In this document: positions 1 to 10,933 of the stretch, one piece after another
Layout of the letters: each line of letters opens with the position of its first letter
Numbering within the stretch: position 1 is the first letter of the stretch
From: Candidatus Bathyarchaeota archaeon
GTDB lineage: Archaea > Thermoproteota > Bathyarchaeia > 40CM-2-53-6
Reading direction: 5' to 3'
DNA length: 14,536 nt
Assembly: GCA_963706285.1 (NCBI GenBank)
Contig: CAVPLU010000005.1
Span: 1-14,536 of the forward strand
Program-made: the position numbers and the translations under genes
Notes under the pieces: model-generated
Seen by the model: the letters and a program-made list of their open reading frames with translations, nothing else
Databases searched by the model: none
What the model was told of the DNA's origin: nothing

Positions 1-1
1 G

Positions 2-889
2 CTTCTCTACTCACGACAACTCTCCAGACTTCTCGGATGCCAAGTCTACTTGAAACTGGAGAATCTCCAGCCAACTAGAGCGTTCAAAGTCCGCGGAGGC
101 GTCAACTATATGGAGAGAAGGAAAGAAGAAGCGCTCAGCCGCGGCGTCGTCACGGCCTCTACTGGAAATCATGCTCAGTCAATCGCTTACGCGGGTTCCC
201 TGTTCGGAGTCGGTGTTCGCATCGTCATGCCTCATGGTGTTCCTCAAATCAAGACCGAGGCGATCAGGGATCTGGGTGCGGAAGTGATCTTCCATGGCAG
301 CTACTATGAGGAGGCCCGCGAGTACGCTGAGAAATTGTCCTCTGAGAGAGGATTCCTGTATGTGCACGGCATCAACGAACCACTGCTGTTCGAAGGTGTC
401 GGAACTATGCATCTTGAGGTCTTGGATGAGCTTCGAGACCTGAACGTGGTCATCGTTCCGATTGGTGGTGGGTCGGGAGCTTCCGCCGCATGTATCGTCT
501 GCAAGAGCTTGAATCCCAGCGTCAGAGTGATAGGCGTGCAGGCTGAAGGGGCACCTGCTTTCTACCGTTCTTGGAAGGAAGGCGTCATATCATCAACAGA
601 TGGTGTACAGACAGTTGCTGAGGGCCTTGCGACGAGTCGAGCGTACGAGTTGCCCTTGAGGATTCTGAGAGAGAAATTGGATGATATCGTACTGGTTAGT
701 GATCAGGAGATGAAACAGGCGGTCAAGACGATATTCCGCTCAACGGGGCAGGTGGCTGAACTCTCTGGCGCCGCTTCGACCGCAGCAGCCATCAAGATCA
801 AGGACAAACTGGCCGGAAACAAAGTCGTGCTCGTCCTCACTGGGGGTAACATAGAACCCGAACAGCTTGCTCAAATTCTACGCGAATAG
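2..889 (+). CDS. PLP-dependent threonine/serine dehydratase family protein (fold type II), 5' end outside the window
   Basis: Frame is open from base 2 (LLYSRQLSRLLGCQVYLKLENLQPTRAFKVRG). Motifs: AFKVRG (PLP lysine), ASTGNHAQ, VPIGGGSG, VLTGGNI. No C-terminal ACT domain. Confidence 0.92.
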   Translation, partial: LLYSRQLSRLLGCQVYLKLENLQPTRAFKVRGGVNYMERRKEEALSRGVVTASTGNHAQSIAYAGSLFGVGVRIVMPHGVPQIKTEAIRDLGAEVIFHGSYYEEAREYAEKLSSERGFLYVHGINEPLLFEGVGTMHLEVLDELRDLNVVIVPIGGGSGASAACIVCKSLNPSVRVIGVQAEGAPAFYRSWKEGVISSTDGVQTVAEGLATSRAYELPLRILREKLDDIVLVSDQEMKQAVKTIFRSTGQVAELSGAASTAAAIKIKDKLAGNKVVLVLTGGNIEPEQLAQILRE

Positions 890-908
890 ATACAAGCTAG
901 GGGGAAGG

Positions 909-1874
909 ATGGACTCGCACCCTAAGCCGACCGTCGTCGTGAGCAAATGCCTGGAATTTGAGGCATGTCGATACAACGGCCAACTGATACGAGATGCCTT
1001 CGTTAGGAAACTGGAGAAACACGTCGACTATGTCCCAGTCTGTCCAGAAGTAGCGATAGGTCTCGGAATTCCCCGTTTCCCCATAAGGATCGTCTCCACG
1101 AACAATCCGAGACTCATCCAACCAACAACCAGCAAAGACGTTACAGATGACATGAACGAATTCTCCGAAAAGTTTCTCTCATCCCTGAAAAAGGTGGACG
1201 GGTTCATACTGAAATTCCGATCACCCTCATGTGGATTCAAAGACGTACGGATATATGCAAAAAGCGAGAAATCCCCCGCAACCGGAAAAGGCCCCGGATT
1301 CTTCGGAGCCAAGATACTCAAACACTTCCCAGGCCTCGCCATAGAAGACGAAGGCAGACTGAGAAGTCTGAAGATACGCGAACACTATCTTACGAAACTC
1401 TTCACTCTCGCTCGCTTCCGAACAGTGAAGGAATCCAACGCCATGCGTGACTTAGTCCGCTTCCATACAGAAAACAAATTCATGCTCATGGCATACAATC
1501 AGAAAGAGATGCGACTGCTTGGAAACGTGGTTGCGAACCCCAAGAAAAGGCCCTTGGGAGAAATCATCCATGAGTATGAGATCCATCTTCACAAGAGTCT
1601 TGAGAATCCGCCCAAACGCAGATCCAACATTAACGTTCTCATGCACCTACTGGGCTACTTCTCCAAAGAACTCTCAAAGAACGAACGACAATTCTTCCTA
1701 GAAACATTGGAACTTTACAGGGACGAAAGAGTGCCATTCACATCAGCCGTGAGACTGCTCAAAGCGTGGGCCGTTAGGTTTCAGAACCAGTACTTGCTGA
1801 ACCAAACACTCTTCAACCCTTACCCTGACGACTTGATCGAGTGGACGGATGCAGGAAGACCGATCGAAATCTGA
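909..1874 (+). CDS. DUF523 (2-thiouracil desulfurase-like) + DUF1722 fusion, YbgA family
   Basis: ATG at 909 follows a purine-rich GGGGAAGG. DUF523 motifs SKCL..CRYNG, CPEV.IGLG.PR, SPSCG and G.G.F, then EDEGRL. DUF1722-type tail FHT.NKF.LMAY, NVLMHLLGYFSK, YLLNQTLFNPYP. Confidence 0.9.
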   Translation: MDSHPKPTVVVSKCLEFEACRYNGQLIRDAFVRKLEKHVDYVPVCPEVAIGLGIPRFPIRIVSTNNPRLIQPTTSKDVTDDMNEFSEKFLSSLKKVDGFILKFRSPSCGFKDVRIYAKSEKSPATGKGPGFFGAKILKHFPGLAIEDEGRLRSLKIREHYLTKLFTLARFRTVKESNAMRDLVRFHTENKFMLMAYNQKEMRLLGNVVANPKKRPLGEIIHEYEIHLHKSLENPPKRRSNINVLMHLLGYFSKELSKNERQFFLETLELYRDERVPFTSAVRLLKAWAVRFQNQYLLNQTLFNPYPDDLIEWTDAGRPIEI

Positions 1875-1885
1875 ACGAATCTACT

Positions 1886-3147
1886 TCAAACTGAACGCGA
1901 GATCAATCCCTCGGTCCTACGGGAGTCCACAATGAACGGTAACGAGAGGATTGAGGAGCAGAGCAGGCTTATCGTCAAACGCGGATCAAGCCCCAGCTTC
2001 GCCAGAGTCCTGCCTTGCATGTCAATGTCGTCTACCTTGTTCAAGACGTTTCAACGTCAAATGTTCGGGCGATCGAGAAGATCTTCTCGATTCGACGATC
2101 TGGTAGCTTGAATAGCATTCTTCGGATGTGCCGCATTGCGTCGAGATCGCGACCTATCTCGCTCCTCCATCGCCTCTCATAATTGGAGAGGAAGGCTTCG
2201 GAGAGGTGTCCAGATGTGGATGCGTTGTGTGCGGTTTCTCCGGCGATCTTCCCGCAGATGAGGCTGAACACGACTCCTCCACCGGTTGTGGGCTTCACCT
2301 GTTGCGCAGAATCTCCCGCAATCAACATGTTCGGATAGTACGTCTTCCGAATTGGTCCACCCAAAGGTATGGGATGAAAAGAAACATCACGCCGCTTGGC
2401 GCCTCTTCAGTCTCTGAGAGACGATAGGATGTTTCGTCATGAATCTCTCGAGGAAGAGCCGCGGATTGCCCTCGCGAGCCGCAAGTCCGATCTTTGCCGA
2501 TCCATCTTGCCAAGGAATTATCCACGCAAAGAATCCCGGCGCGTAGGCAGATCCAAGGTACACTCTCCACCATATCCTCGACGCATATCCTCCACGTGGT
2601 CTACGTGGACTTGAGCAGAGTTCGCCCACATCGATCTGCGGCGTTCGTCCGCGGCCCGAGGAGGAGCAAGCGCAGGCGACGCACCTTCACAGTCTACGAT
2701 CATCTGAGAACTGAGTGTCTGTGATTTGGCGCCGACTGAAACTCGCATTTGGACCTGACGGTCGCTAGGAGTTTGGATCGAGATCGCGCGTGTATTGAGC
2801 TGGATCTCTGCTCCTGCTTTTTGCGCTCTGCTTGCCAAGTGTTCGTCGAATGCTTTGCGGTCGAGCACCCACGTGATCGGAGTCTGACGTTCAAGTTGGA
2901 GAACTTGGCCTGACGGCGAATGGAAGATCGCGCCGCGAATCTGATTCTTGATGACTTGTTTTGGCAGTGAAACGCCTAGGCGTTTCATGCTGTTGATTCC
3001 AACGTGGCCTGAGCAGTGTGACGGGACGCCGATTCGATCGTGTTCTTCTAGGAGAAGAACCTTCGATCCCAAGGAGGCGGCGGTTTCGGCAACTGTGGCA
3101 CCGGCTACGCCACAGCCGACTACGATGATGTCAGCATCCAAACCCAT
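1886..3147 (-). CDS. Geranylgeranyl reductase family FAD-dependent oxidoreductase, about 4 frameshifts
   Basis: Consecutive frames give VVGCGVAGA (Rossmann fold), CSG, LDRKAFDEHLA, YLGSAYAPGFFAWIIP..AKIGL and LIAGDSAQQVKPTTGGGV. Shifts near 2580, 2563, 2395 and 2048. The final frame VLNKVDDIDMQGRTL... stops at 1886. Confidence 0.85.
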
Positions 3148-3261
3148 TGGATATGCATGCCTCGGTTGGGAACAGTCTCCTAGCTCAGAGCTTGAGGCTG
3201 GATGTTCGTTCCGAGGCTGATTGTGGTAGATAAGGCTCGTGAACGCGCATGGAATGCGGAA

Positions 3262-3499
3262 CTATGACTGCCTGGACGCAACGAGTTCTACTCGTCTCTT
3301 TCCTTTCATGAGACGCGAGACTCGTAGGATACCGTTGATTTCGAGCTTGAGGAGGACGCTGTTGAGTTCCCGGAAGCTGATGTCGCCGTAGCTCTCCTTG
3401 ACTTGATCTAGCGAGATCACCGTCGGTGAGGGCGCCTTTGCGCTGCAGAGTCTCAACGACGGCCAAGTTGAGGGGGCGCGGCCCCCAGACCTTGTTCAT
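3262..3499 (-). CDS. Small winged-helix-like protein (about 78 aa), one frameshift near 3413
   Basis: Joining the frames gives MNKVWGPRPLNLAVVETLQRKGALTDGDL/LDQVKESYGDISFRELNSVLLKLEINGILRVSRLMKGKRRVELV. The L..LE..G.L helix followed by a beta wing is typical of wHTH domains. GGAG lies upstream of the ATG. Confidence 0.7.
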
Positions 3500-3518
3500 A
3501 GAGTTCTCCTACATTCTC

Positions 3519-5700
<2,182 letters not shown>

Positions 5701-5774
5701 GTTTCTTCATTCCTTTGATCTTGATCGTGTTTGCGGGCCCCGCTTTCCGAACGCGGCCGGGGCTCGCGGAATCT

Positions 5775-5822
5775 GTTACTACAGGTAACGAGGCATGAAT
5801 ATAAGTGTTACTTTTAGTAACA
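5775..5822 (-). promoter_or_regulatory. cdc48 promoter: TATA-like box flanked by two palindromic operator-like sites
   Basis: Minus-strand CTTATATT at 5798-5805. GTTAC-TACAG-GTAAC at 5775-5789 and TGTTACT-TTT-AGTAACA at 5806-5822. Confidence 0.7.
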
Positions 5823-5826
5823 GAAT

Positions 5827-6093
5827 TCAGGTCCGCCAAACATTGACGACCTGAATCTCACCCACATTCTCCACGGACTTCAAGGCCTCTTCAACCTTAT
5901 CCATTTGTCCCTCTTGCTCAGGCATCGCGACCCTTGCAACCAAGGCAACGAGCCCAAAAGCTATGGGCTCCTCATCGAACCGCGCAACCGACGTTCCTGC
6001 CGGCAACCCAGCCTCGACTTTCTTCCTAAGTTCCACAAGGTCCACCGTAGTCTCGGTTGGGAAGATCTTGATCTGTGCAATTACCTTAGCCAA
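5827..6093 (-). CDS. ef1b: Archaeal translation elongation factor 1-beta
   Basis: 88 aa with KIFP...DL..L, EEPIAFGLVAL and D.VEEALKSVENVGEIQVV. Lies directly downstream of a Zn-ribbon gene, the conserved archaeal arrangement. Confidence 0.95.
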   Translation of the reverse strand: MAKVIAQIKIFPTETTVDLVELRKKVEAGLPAGTSVARFDEEPIAFGLVALVARVAMPEQEGQMDKVEEALKSVENVGEIQVVNVWRT

Positions 6094-6107
6094 GCACAGT
6101 CACTACT

Positions 6108-6299
6108 CTATGGCCCTGTGAATCCGCACTTTGCACACTTGTATGGTCTACCGAAAGTCCTGCACTTTTCGCAGCGCCACATAGTGACTTCGCCACAGTT
6201 CGGACAGGGAAAACGTACCGCGCCTTCTCCAGGCATTATGGTTCTCGAACACCATGTGCAGGTTGGCATTCGTACCGTTTTGGTTTCGCTCAGTTCCAA
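6108..6299 (-). CDS. Zinc-ribbon protein (DUF1610 / HVO_2753-like)
   Basis: Four CxxC pairs (CTWC, FPCPNCG, RCEKCR, YKCAKCG) ending in GFTGP; upstream of EF-1beta. Confidence 0.92.
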   Translation of the reverse strand: MELSETKTVRMPTCTWCSRTIMPGEGAVRFPCPNCGEVTMWRCEKCRTFGRPYKCAKCGFTGP

Positions 6300-6331
6300 C
6301 GCCTTCTTTTCCTACAGGGCACCAGCCGCCG

Positions 6332-6340
6332 TTTATTTAT
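6332..6340 (-). promoter_or_regulatory. Putative TATA box for the Zn-ribbon/EF-1beta operon
   Basis: Minus-strand ATAAATAAA in a GC-rich context, about 33 nt upstream of the TTG start at 6299. Confidence 0.45.
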
Positions 6341-6342
6341 CC

Positions 6343-6542
6343 GTTGCTCGGGACCCCGCTCGGCCGATCCACCCACCGGAAACATCGATCCCGACCAACC
6401 GCTTGGGAGCCATGCGTATCACACTGTATCCAAGGAAGGCTAGACTAGGGATAATCTGCTCGACAGAGGGTCTCGCAGAGTCGCGCCTAGATAAATTCCG
6501 AAAGAATGGGAAGTGCATCCTGCTTGGATAACGCAATTGGGC
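6343..6542 (-). ncRNA. Candidate structured ncRNA with two long hairpins, class unknown
   Basis: Pairings 6427-6434/6523-6530, 6445-6449/6486-6490, 6455-6459/6475-6479 and 6343-6355/6387-6399. In the second hairpin, mismatches become G-U pairs on the minus strand. Confidence 0.4.
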
Positions 6543-6649
6543 TATGCTTCTCTGTCTTAGTTAGAAATGTTAATGTCGGTTCTTCTGCAGAACATCGGGA
6601 GGCTATTTATTACGCGGGCCTCTGGATATTTCCAAGTTAGTCGAAGGCG

Positions 6650-7189
6650 TTGGATAGGTTGACGCAGCAACGCCGAGCGTGGACCTTGTACGATGACGTG
6701 AGTAACAGGGTGGTTCACCTTCGGGCGGGAACCCTGCTTCTGGCACGTCGCGATATGATTCTGTTGACCGGAGAAAAAGTCGCAAGGCAGCTATTGTTCA
6801 GACTCGGAATAAGCCTAGGCCGCACTAGCCTTGAAGGGTTCGAAGGCAAAGATGCCCACGAAGAGGACTTCTGGAGTTACATCGAGAATCTGTTTCAAAT
6901 GAATGGTTGGGGCCACATCCTCGACCACAAGAACGGCGGGAGCGAGGACAAGCTATCCTTCAGCATCACTCTGGAGGATTCTGCTCTTGCCGAGGGCGGT
7001 ACAGCAGAGGATATTGCGCCGGTCTGCGACCTTTTTCGGGGAATCCTCACCGGCCAACTGAGTCGCTTCTTTGATAGGCGCATCCTAGACGCTAGTGAAT
7101 CTCAATGTTTGGTTTCGGGGGCAGGATGTTGTGAGTTTGTTATCAATCTTGGAATCACTCTTGAGGACGCTTATGCGAGTGGGACGTAG
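6650..7189 (+). CDS. Stand-alone V4R (4-vinyl reductase) domain protein
   Basis: LFRLGISLG, NGWG, VCDLFRGILTG and ESQCLVSGAGCCEF match the V4R Cys/Glu pattern. TATTTATTA at 6604-6612 is a plausible TATA box. Confidence 0.85.
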   Translation: MDRLTQQRRAWTLYDDVSNRVVHLRAGTLLLARRDMILLTGEKVARQLLFRLGISLGRTSLEGFEGKDAHEEDFWSYIENLFQMNGWGHILDHKNGGSEDKLSFSITLEDSALAEGGTAEDIAPVCDLFRGILTGQLSRFFDRRILDASESQCLVSGAGCCEFVINLGITLEDAYASGT

Positions 7190-7405
7190 AACGGGAGATG
7201 GACGTTCTAGCGGCCAAGCGAGCAGTGTCTAGCCTCCTCACCGTGAGATCTGCAACTGATTCTCCCTCATTGCAGCGTTGCGACCGATCAATTGACCACT
7301 TGGACCACTGAAAATCCGTGGAACCGACAGGCATATCTCACCCGCTCGCCCGTGCCTACTTCTAGTCGCCGTAAACCAACGCCCGCAAGAGAGTGAGCTA
7401 CGCAC

Positions 7406-7816
7406 TTGAAGATTGACACCGTCTGCGATCTGAGCAGCTTTAGACGGTTCATGATCGTGAGCACTTGTGACTCTTTCATTCCCGACCAGTTTGTCAACGA
7501 CGAGAACGTCTTCCCTGAAAGAGCCTCAGAACACGGAACCATGTACGTAGAGGCTGAGGACAAAGAGACCCTCGAACAGATTAGAGAGATAAGATTCATG
7601 CGAGTCTCAAATGTTCTCGGCATCATCTACAACTCGAAGAGCGGAAATACTCACCTGAAATGGAGAGAGTTCAAAGGCGACCTTGGAAAACTCAGCGGCG
7701 AAGCTAGCACAAACACGATAGTAAACTTGAGCACAGTAGGTGCGCTGAGAGAGGGATACGCCAGGACATACCAGCGACCGGTTGAAGAAGAAGCACTCAA
7801 AGGACTAGGCGATTAG
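7406..7816 (+). CDS. Hypothetical protein (136 aa)
   Basis: Clean ORF with protein-like composition that fills the gap and converges on the nre stop. No family recognised. Confidence 0.7.
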   Translation: MKIDTVCDLSSFRRFMIVSTCDSFIPDQFVNDENVFPERASEHGTMYVEAEDKETLEQIREIRFMRVSNVLGIIYNSKSGNTHLKWREFKGDLGKLSGEASTNTIVNLSTVGALREGYARTYQRPVEEEALKGLGD

Positions 7817-7839
7817 CGCTATCCCAGCGCTCCGGAATG

Positions 7840-9163
7840 TTACATGCCGAAGTAGCTGTTGATTTTTCTCTGGAAGAAAGCCTCTCGTAGCATGTGGCTG
7901 CTCTGCAGCCAAGCCTTGCGTGGAATACTCAACTTAGACAATCCGAAGTCTAGCGCCGAGTTGAAATTGTCGAATCGTGTTGGACTTCGGGTCAGCGCAG
8001 CCCGTATGCTCTCCCGCACATTCCAGACTCCAACCGGCAGGATATATCCGGAATGAATTTCTCTCAACACCAAAGCTGAGCATCTGTCTTCTTTCTCTGA
8101 GGAGATGCTCTGCGATTGCGAGCCGACATGCATAGTAGCAGCCGCCGATGCTCGCATACGTTGTCCTTCCCTGATACTCTTCATGATCACCCATCATTGC
8201 CGGATATTCTCCGCCCTCATTCCAAGCGGTGCCAGGGAACCAAGCTTCTATCGACTCGTAATGCCATTTCTCGGGCATGAGCATCACGATGTACCTGTTA
8301 TCGATGTAATTGTAGGTGTGGACACGAAAATCGTCGATTGTGGGTGAATGTTTGATTTCGTCGAGCAATCGTTCTGAGATTGTACTATCGACGGCGGTTA
8401 TGCTCCAGCGGGTCGGGACAAGTTTCCTTCTCGATCCAACTCCGAACATGCCCATGCTGAGGGCTCTCTGTATTCGTGTGACTTGGACTCCATCTTCATG
8501 CAGAGTGAGTATGGCGTCAGAGGCGTTTAGATCCCGATCATAGTATGCCTTCTCAACTCGCCTATCGGCTTTGACTCCCCAAGCCTGAAAACTCTTTAGC
8601 GGGGCTGAGGGACCGAACGGCTGTATCTCATCACTTAATGTCAGAGGACCTCCAGGTTTCTTTGCGAACTTAGCCTCTGACTCTGCAGGCGCCGCGCTCA
8701 AAGTGAGCTCTTGGAGTCGGTCCACTATCCCGTAGGGTTCCTGTGCGTCGAAGATGCTGACGCGAGTCTTGCCCCTAACGAGCGAGTATCGCAAGTCGAC
8801 TATTTCTTGTATGGACTTGCCAAGCCAAAGCTCAGGCGCATCGTAGATTGTCGTGTCCCCATGGTAAGGCGGTATCAGAGGACCAACAGACACGCGAGGA
8901 TACCCGAATCTGCCAACAAAGACTCCTGGCGGCGTAGAGCCGTCTATTTGTTCAGAGGAAATGAGACTGCCGACGGTTGCTATTGCTCTCGCCTTGGTCA
9001 GGAGAGGGCAAGAGATCTTGCCACAGAGCATTCGCCCGCCCCTACAGCGTACACAGAGATCTGCTGATGGACCACGAACTACACGAAGATCTTTGAGGGC
9101 GTCGGGCTCTCGGCCTATCCCGTTTGAGAGAAAATCATTGACCCAGACGAGTTCGGAACTCAA
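7840..9163 (-). CDS. nreA: Nre family archaeal DNA repair protein, one frameshift near 8083
   Basis: N-terminal LCVRCRGGRMLCGKISCP, then GSTPPGVFVGRFGYPRVSVGP, RRKLVPTRWSITAVD and GGCYYACRLAIAE. After the shift: LREIHSGYILPVGVWNVRE and a C-terminal PIP box QRKINSYF. Confidence 0.93.
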
Positions 9164-9318
9164 AGAGATGCAGCCTTGATGATCCTAATGAAATATTCAT
9201 GATGTTGGAGGCTATATTAGGGTGAGAGAGACGAATGAAATTGACTCAAACGTTCATTCTTGTACACTCGCAATAGCCTTTACGAAGTTCCACAGAGACA
9301 CAGAACGAGGCCGCTGCT

Positions 9319-10353
9319 TTGGGAGTAGACCTAGGCGAAGTCTTGCATAAACGCAAGATACTCTTAGACGACCTATCAGGCAAGAGCCTAGCCGTCGACG
9401 CATACAATACACTGTACCAATTCCTTGCGATTATCAGGCAACCTGACGGCACACCACTGAAGGATAGACAAGGCAGAATCACGAGCCACCTCAGCGGTAT
9501 ACTGTATAGAACAGCGAACCTGGGCGAGAAAGGAATTCAACTCGTCTACGTCTTCGACGGACAACCGCCCGAAATGAAAGAGATGGAGATCAAACGTCGA
9601 CGTAGGGTCAGAGAAGAGGCGACTGTCAAGTACGAGGCGGCAATCAAGGCCGGAAGCATGGAGGATGCGAGAAAGTACGCTCAGGCCACCGCAACAGTAA
9701 AGGAATTGATGATCGAGGACTCGAAGAGGCTACTCAAAGGCCTCGGTATTCCATGGGTGCAAGCGCCTTCAGAAGGCGAAGCACAAGCAGCTTACATGGC
9801 TATGAAAGGCGATGTCTGGGCAGCAGCATCCCAAGACCATGACTCGCTCCTATTCGGAGCACCACGCATGGTGAAGAACCTCACCATATCCGGAAAAAGA
9901 AAACTACCCAACAGGCAAGCATACGTAGAGATCGAACCGGAAATGATCGAACTCGCTGAGACCCTCACCGATCTCGGTCTAACACGCGAACAACTCGTTG
10001 ACGTTGGGATACTCATTGGCACCGACTATAATCCTGATGGCGTCAAAGGAGTTGGACCCAAGACCGCACTGAAATTGGTCAGAGAGTATGGCGACATAAC
10101 AACAATTGTGAATCGAACTCCAGACATTGATCTACCTGAGAATGTCAACAGGATCAAGGAATTCTTCCTAAGACCAGACGTAAGATCTGACTACGCACTG
10201 AATTGGACGAAACCGGATGTCGAAGAGATAGTGGATTTTCTCTGCAAAGAACGGGATTTCAGCGAGGACCGCGTCAGAAAAGCTCTAGACAGAATGGAGG
10301 CAGGCTTGGCGAAACCAGCAACGAAACCCACCCTCGACCGCTACTTCGGCTAG
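9319..10353 (+). CDS. fen: Flap endonuclease 1 (FEN-1)
   Basis: MGV start, AVDAYNTLYQFLAIIRQPDG, YVFDG, APSEGEAQAA, SQDHDSLLFG, GTDYNPDGVKGVGPKTA and a PIP-like tail KPTLDRYF. Confidence 0.97.
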   Translation: MGVDLGEVLHKRKILLDDLSGKSLAVDAYNTLYQFLAIIRQPDGTPLKDRQGRITSHLSGILYRTANLGEKGIQLVYVFDGQPPEMKEMEIKRRRRVREEATVKYEAAIKAGSMEDARKYAQATATVKELMIEDSKRLLKGLGIPWVQAPSEGEAQAAYMAMKGDVWAAASQDHDSLLFGAPRMVKNLTISGKRKLPNRQAYVEIEPEMIELAETLTDLGLTREQLVDVGILIGTDYNPDGVKGVGPKTALKLVREYGDITTIVNRTPDIDLPENVNRIKEFFLRPDVRSDYALNWTKPDVEEIVDFLCKERDFSEDRVRKALDRMEAGLAKPATKPTLDRYFG

Positions 10354-10933
10354 GGAGTTCGATTTTCCAGCAGCCAGAGAATTCCGACATGATGCACGGG
10401 ACCAAACGTATGTGTGAGGTGAACATACCGGAGCATACGTATCCCCGCTTAGTCATCAAGAGAATAGAGGAGTAGCAAGAATGCTCGTATGTTGTTCTAG
10501 CGTCTAGTCCTTGCCTGTTGACCAGATTTCTGTAAACACTGTGTGGGATCAGGTGTGGGTTATGGAGTGAGTAAGAGATTATGCAGTATGTACCCATATG
10601 CGAAGTAGACTCGTTTTTCTGTGGTTTGAACTGATTAGGAGACTAGTTGACGATCTTGTGTCTAACCGCCAGTACGGTAGAACTTGCCTAGAACTTGCTC
10701 AATCACCGAGAACTGCTAGATACAACTCGTTTCGTTGTTCTAATCACGCGTCATTCTATCGGAAAACTACGCCCTCAACGGGACTAGAATCACCTTGTGG
10801 CAAGAATGAAATCTATGTGAATTGGCATAAGACAGTCTGGGCGCGCCCGTTGTTGAGAGAGATCACTATTTCGGGCTAGTAATGCAAGATCTTCTATCAC
10901 TACACAGCGCATTTTGGATTTGAGTGGCTTACT

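Noticed and set aside
5905-6531. 208-aa plus-strand ORF and other antisense ORFs (e.g. 3627-4226, 4541-4939, 8711-9067)
   Set aside because: Shadows of well-supported opposite-strand genes, with no recognisable motifs.
6343-6542. SRP RNA, RNase P RNA or 5S rRNA
   Set aside because: I could not find the RNase P GAGGAAAGUCC, the SRP helix-8 or the 5S conserved motifs on either strand.
10678-10698. Tandem TAGAACTTGC x2 (possible CRISPR or iteron)
   Set aside because: Two short units, no spacers, no cas or rep genes. No CRISPR array was seen anywhere in the window.
10274-10879. ORFs 10274-10597 (-) and 10598-10879 (+)
   Set aside because: No motifs and atypical composition; the first overlaps fen. 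A decayed gene cannot be excluded.
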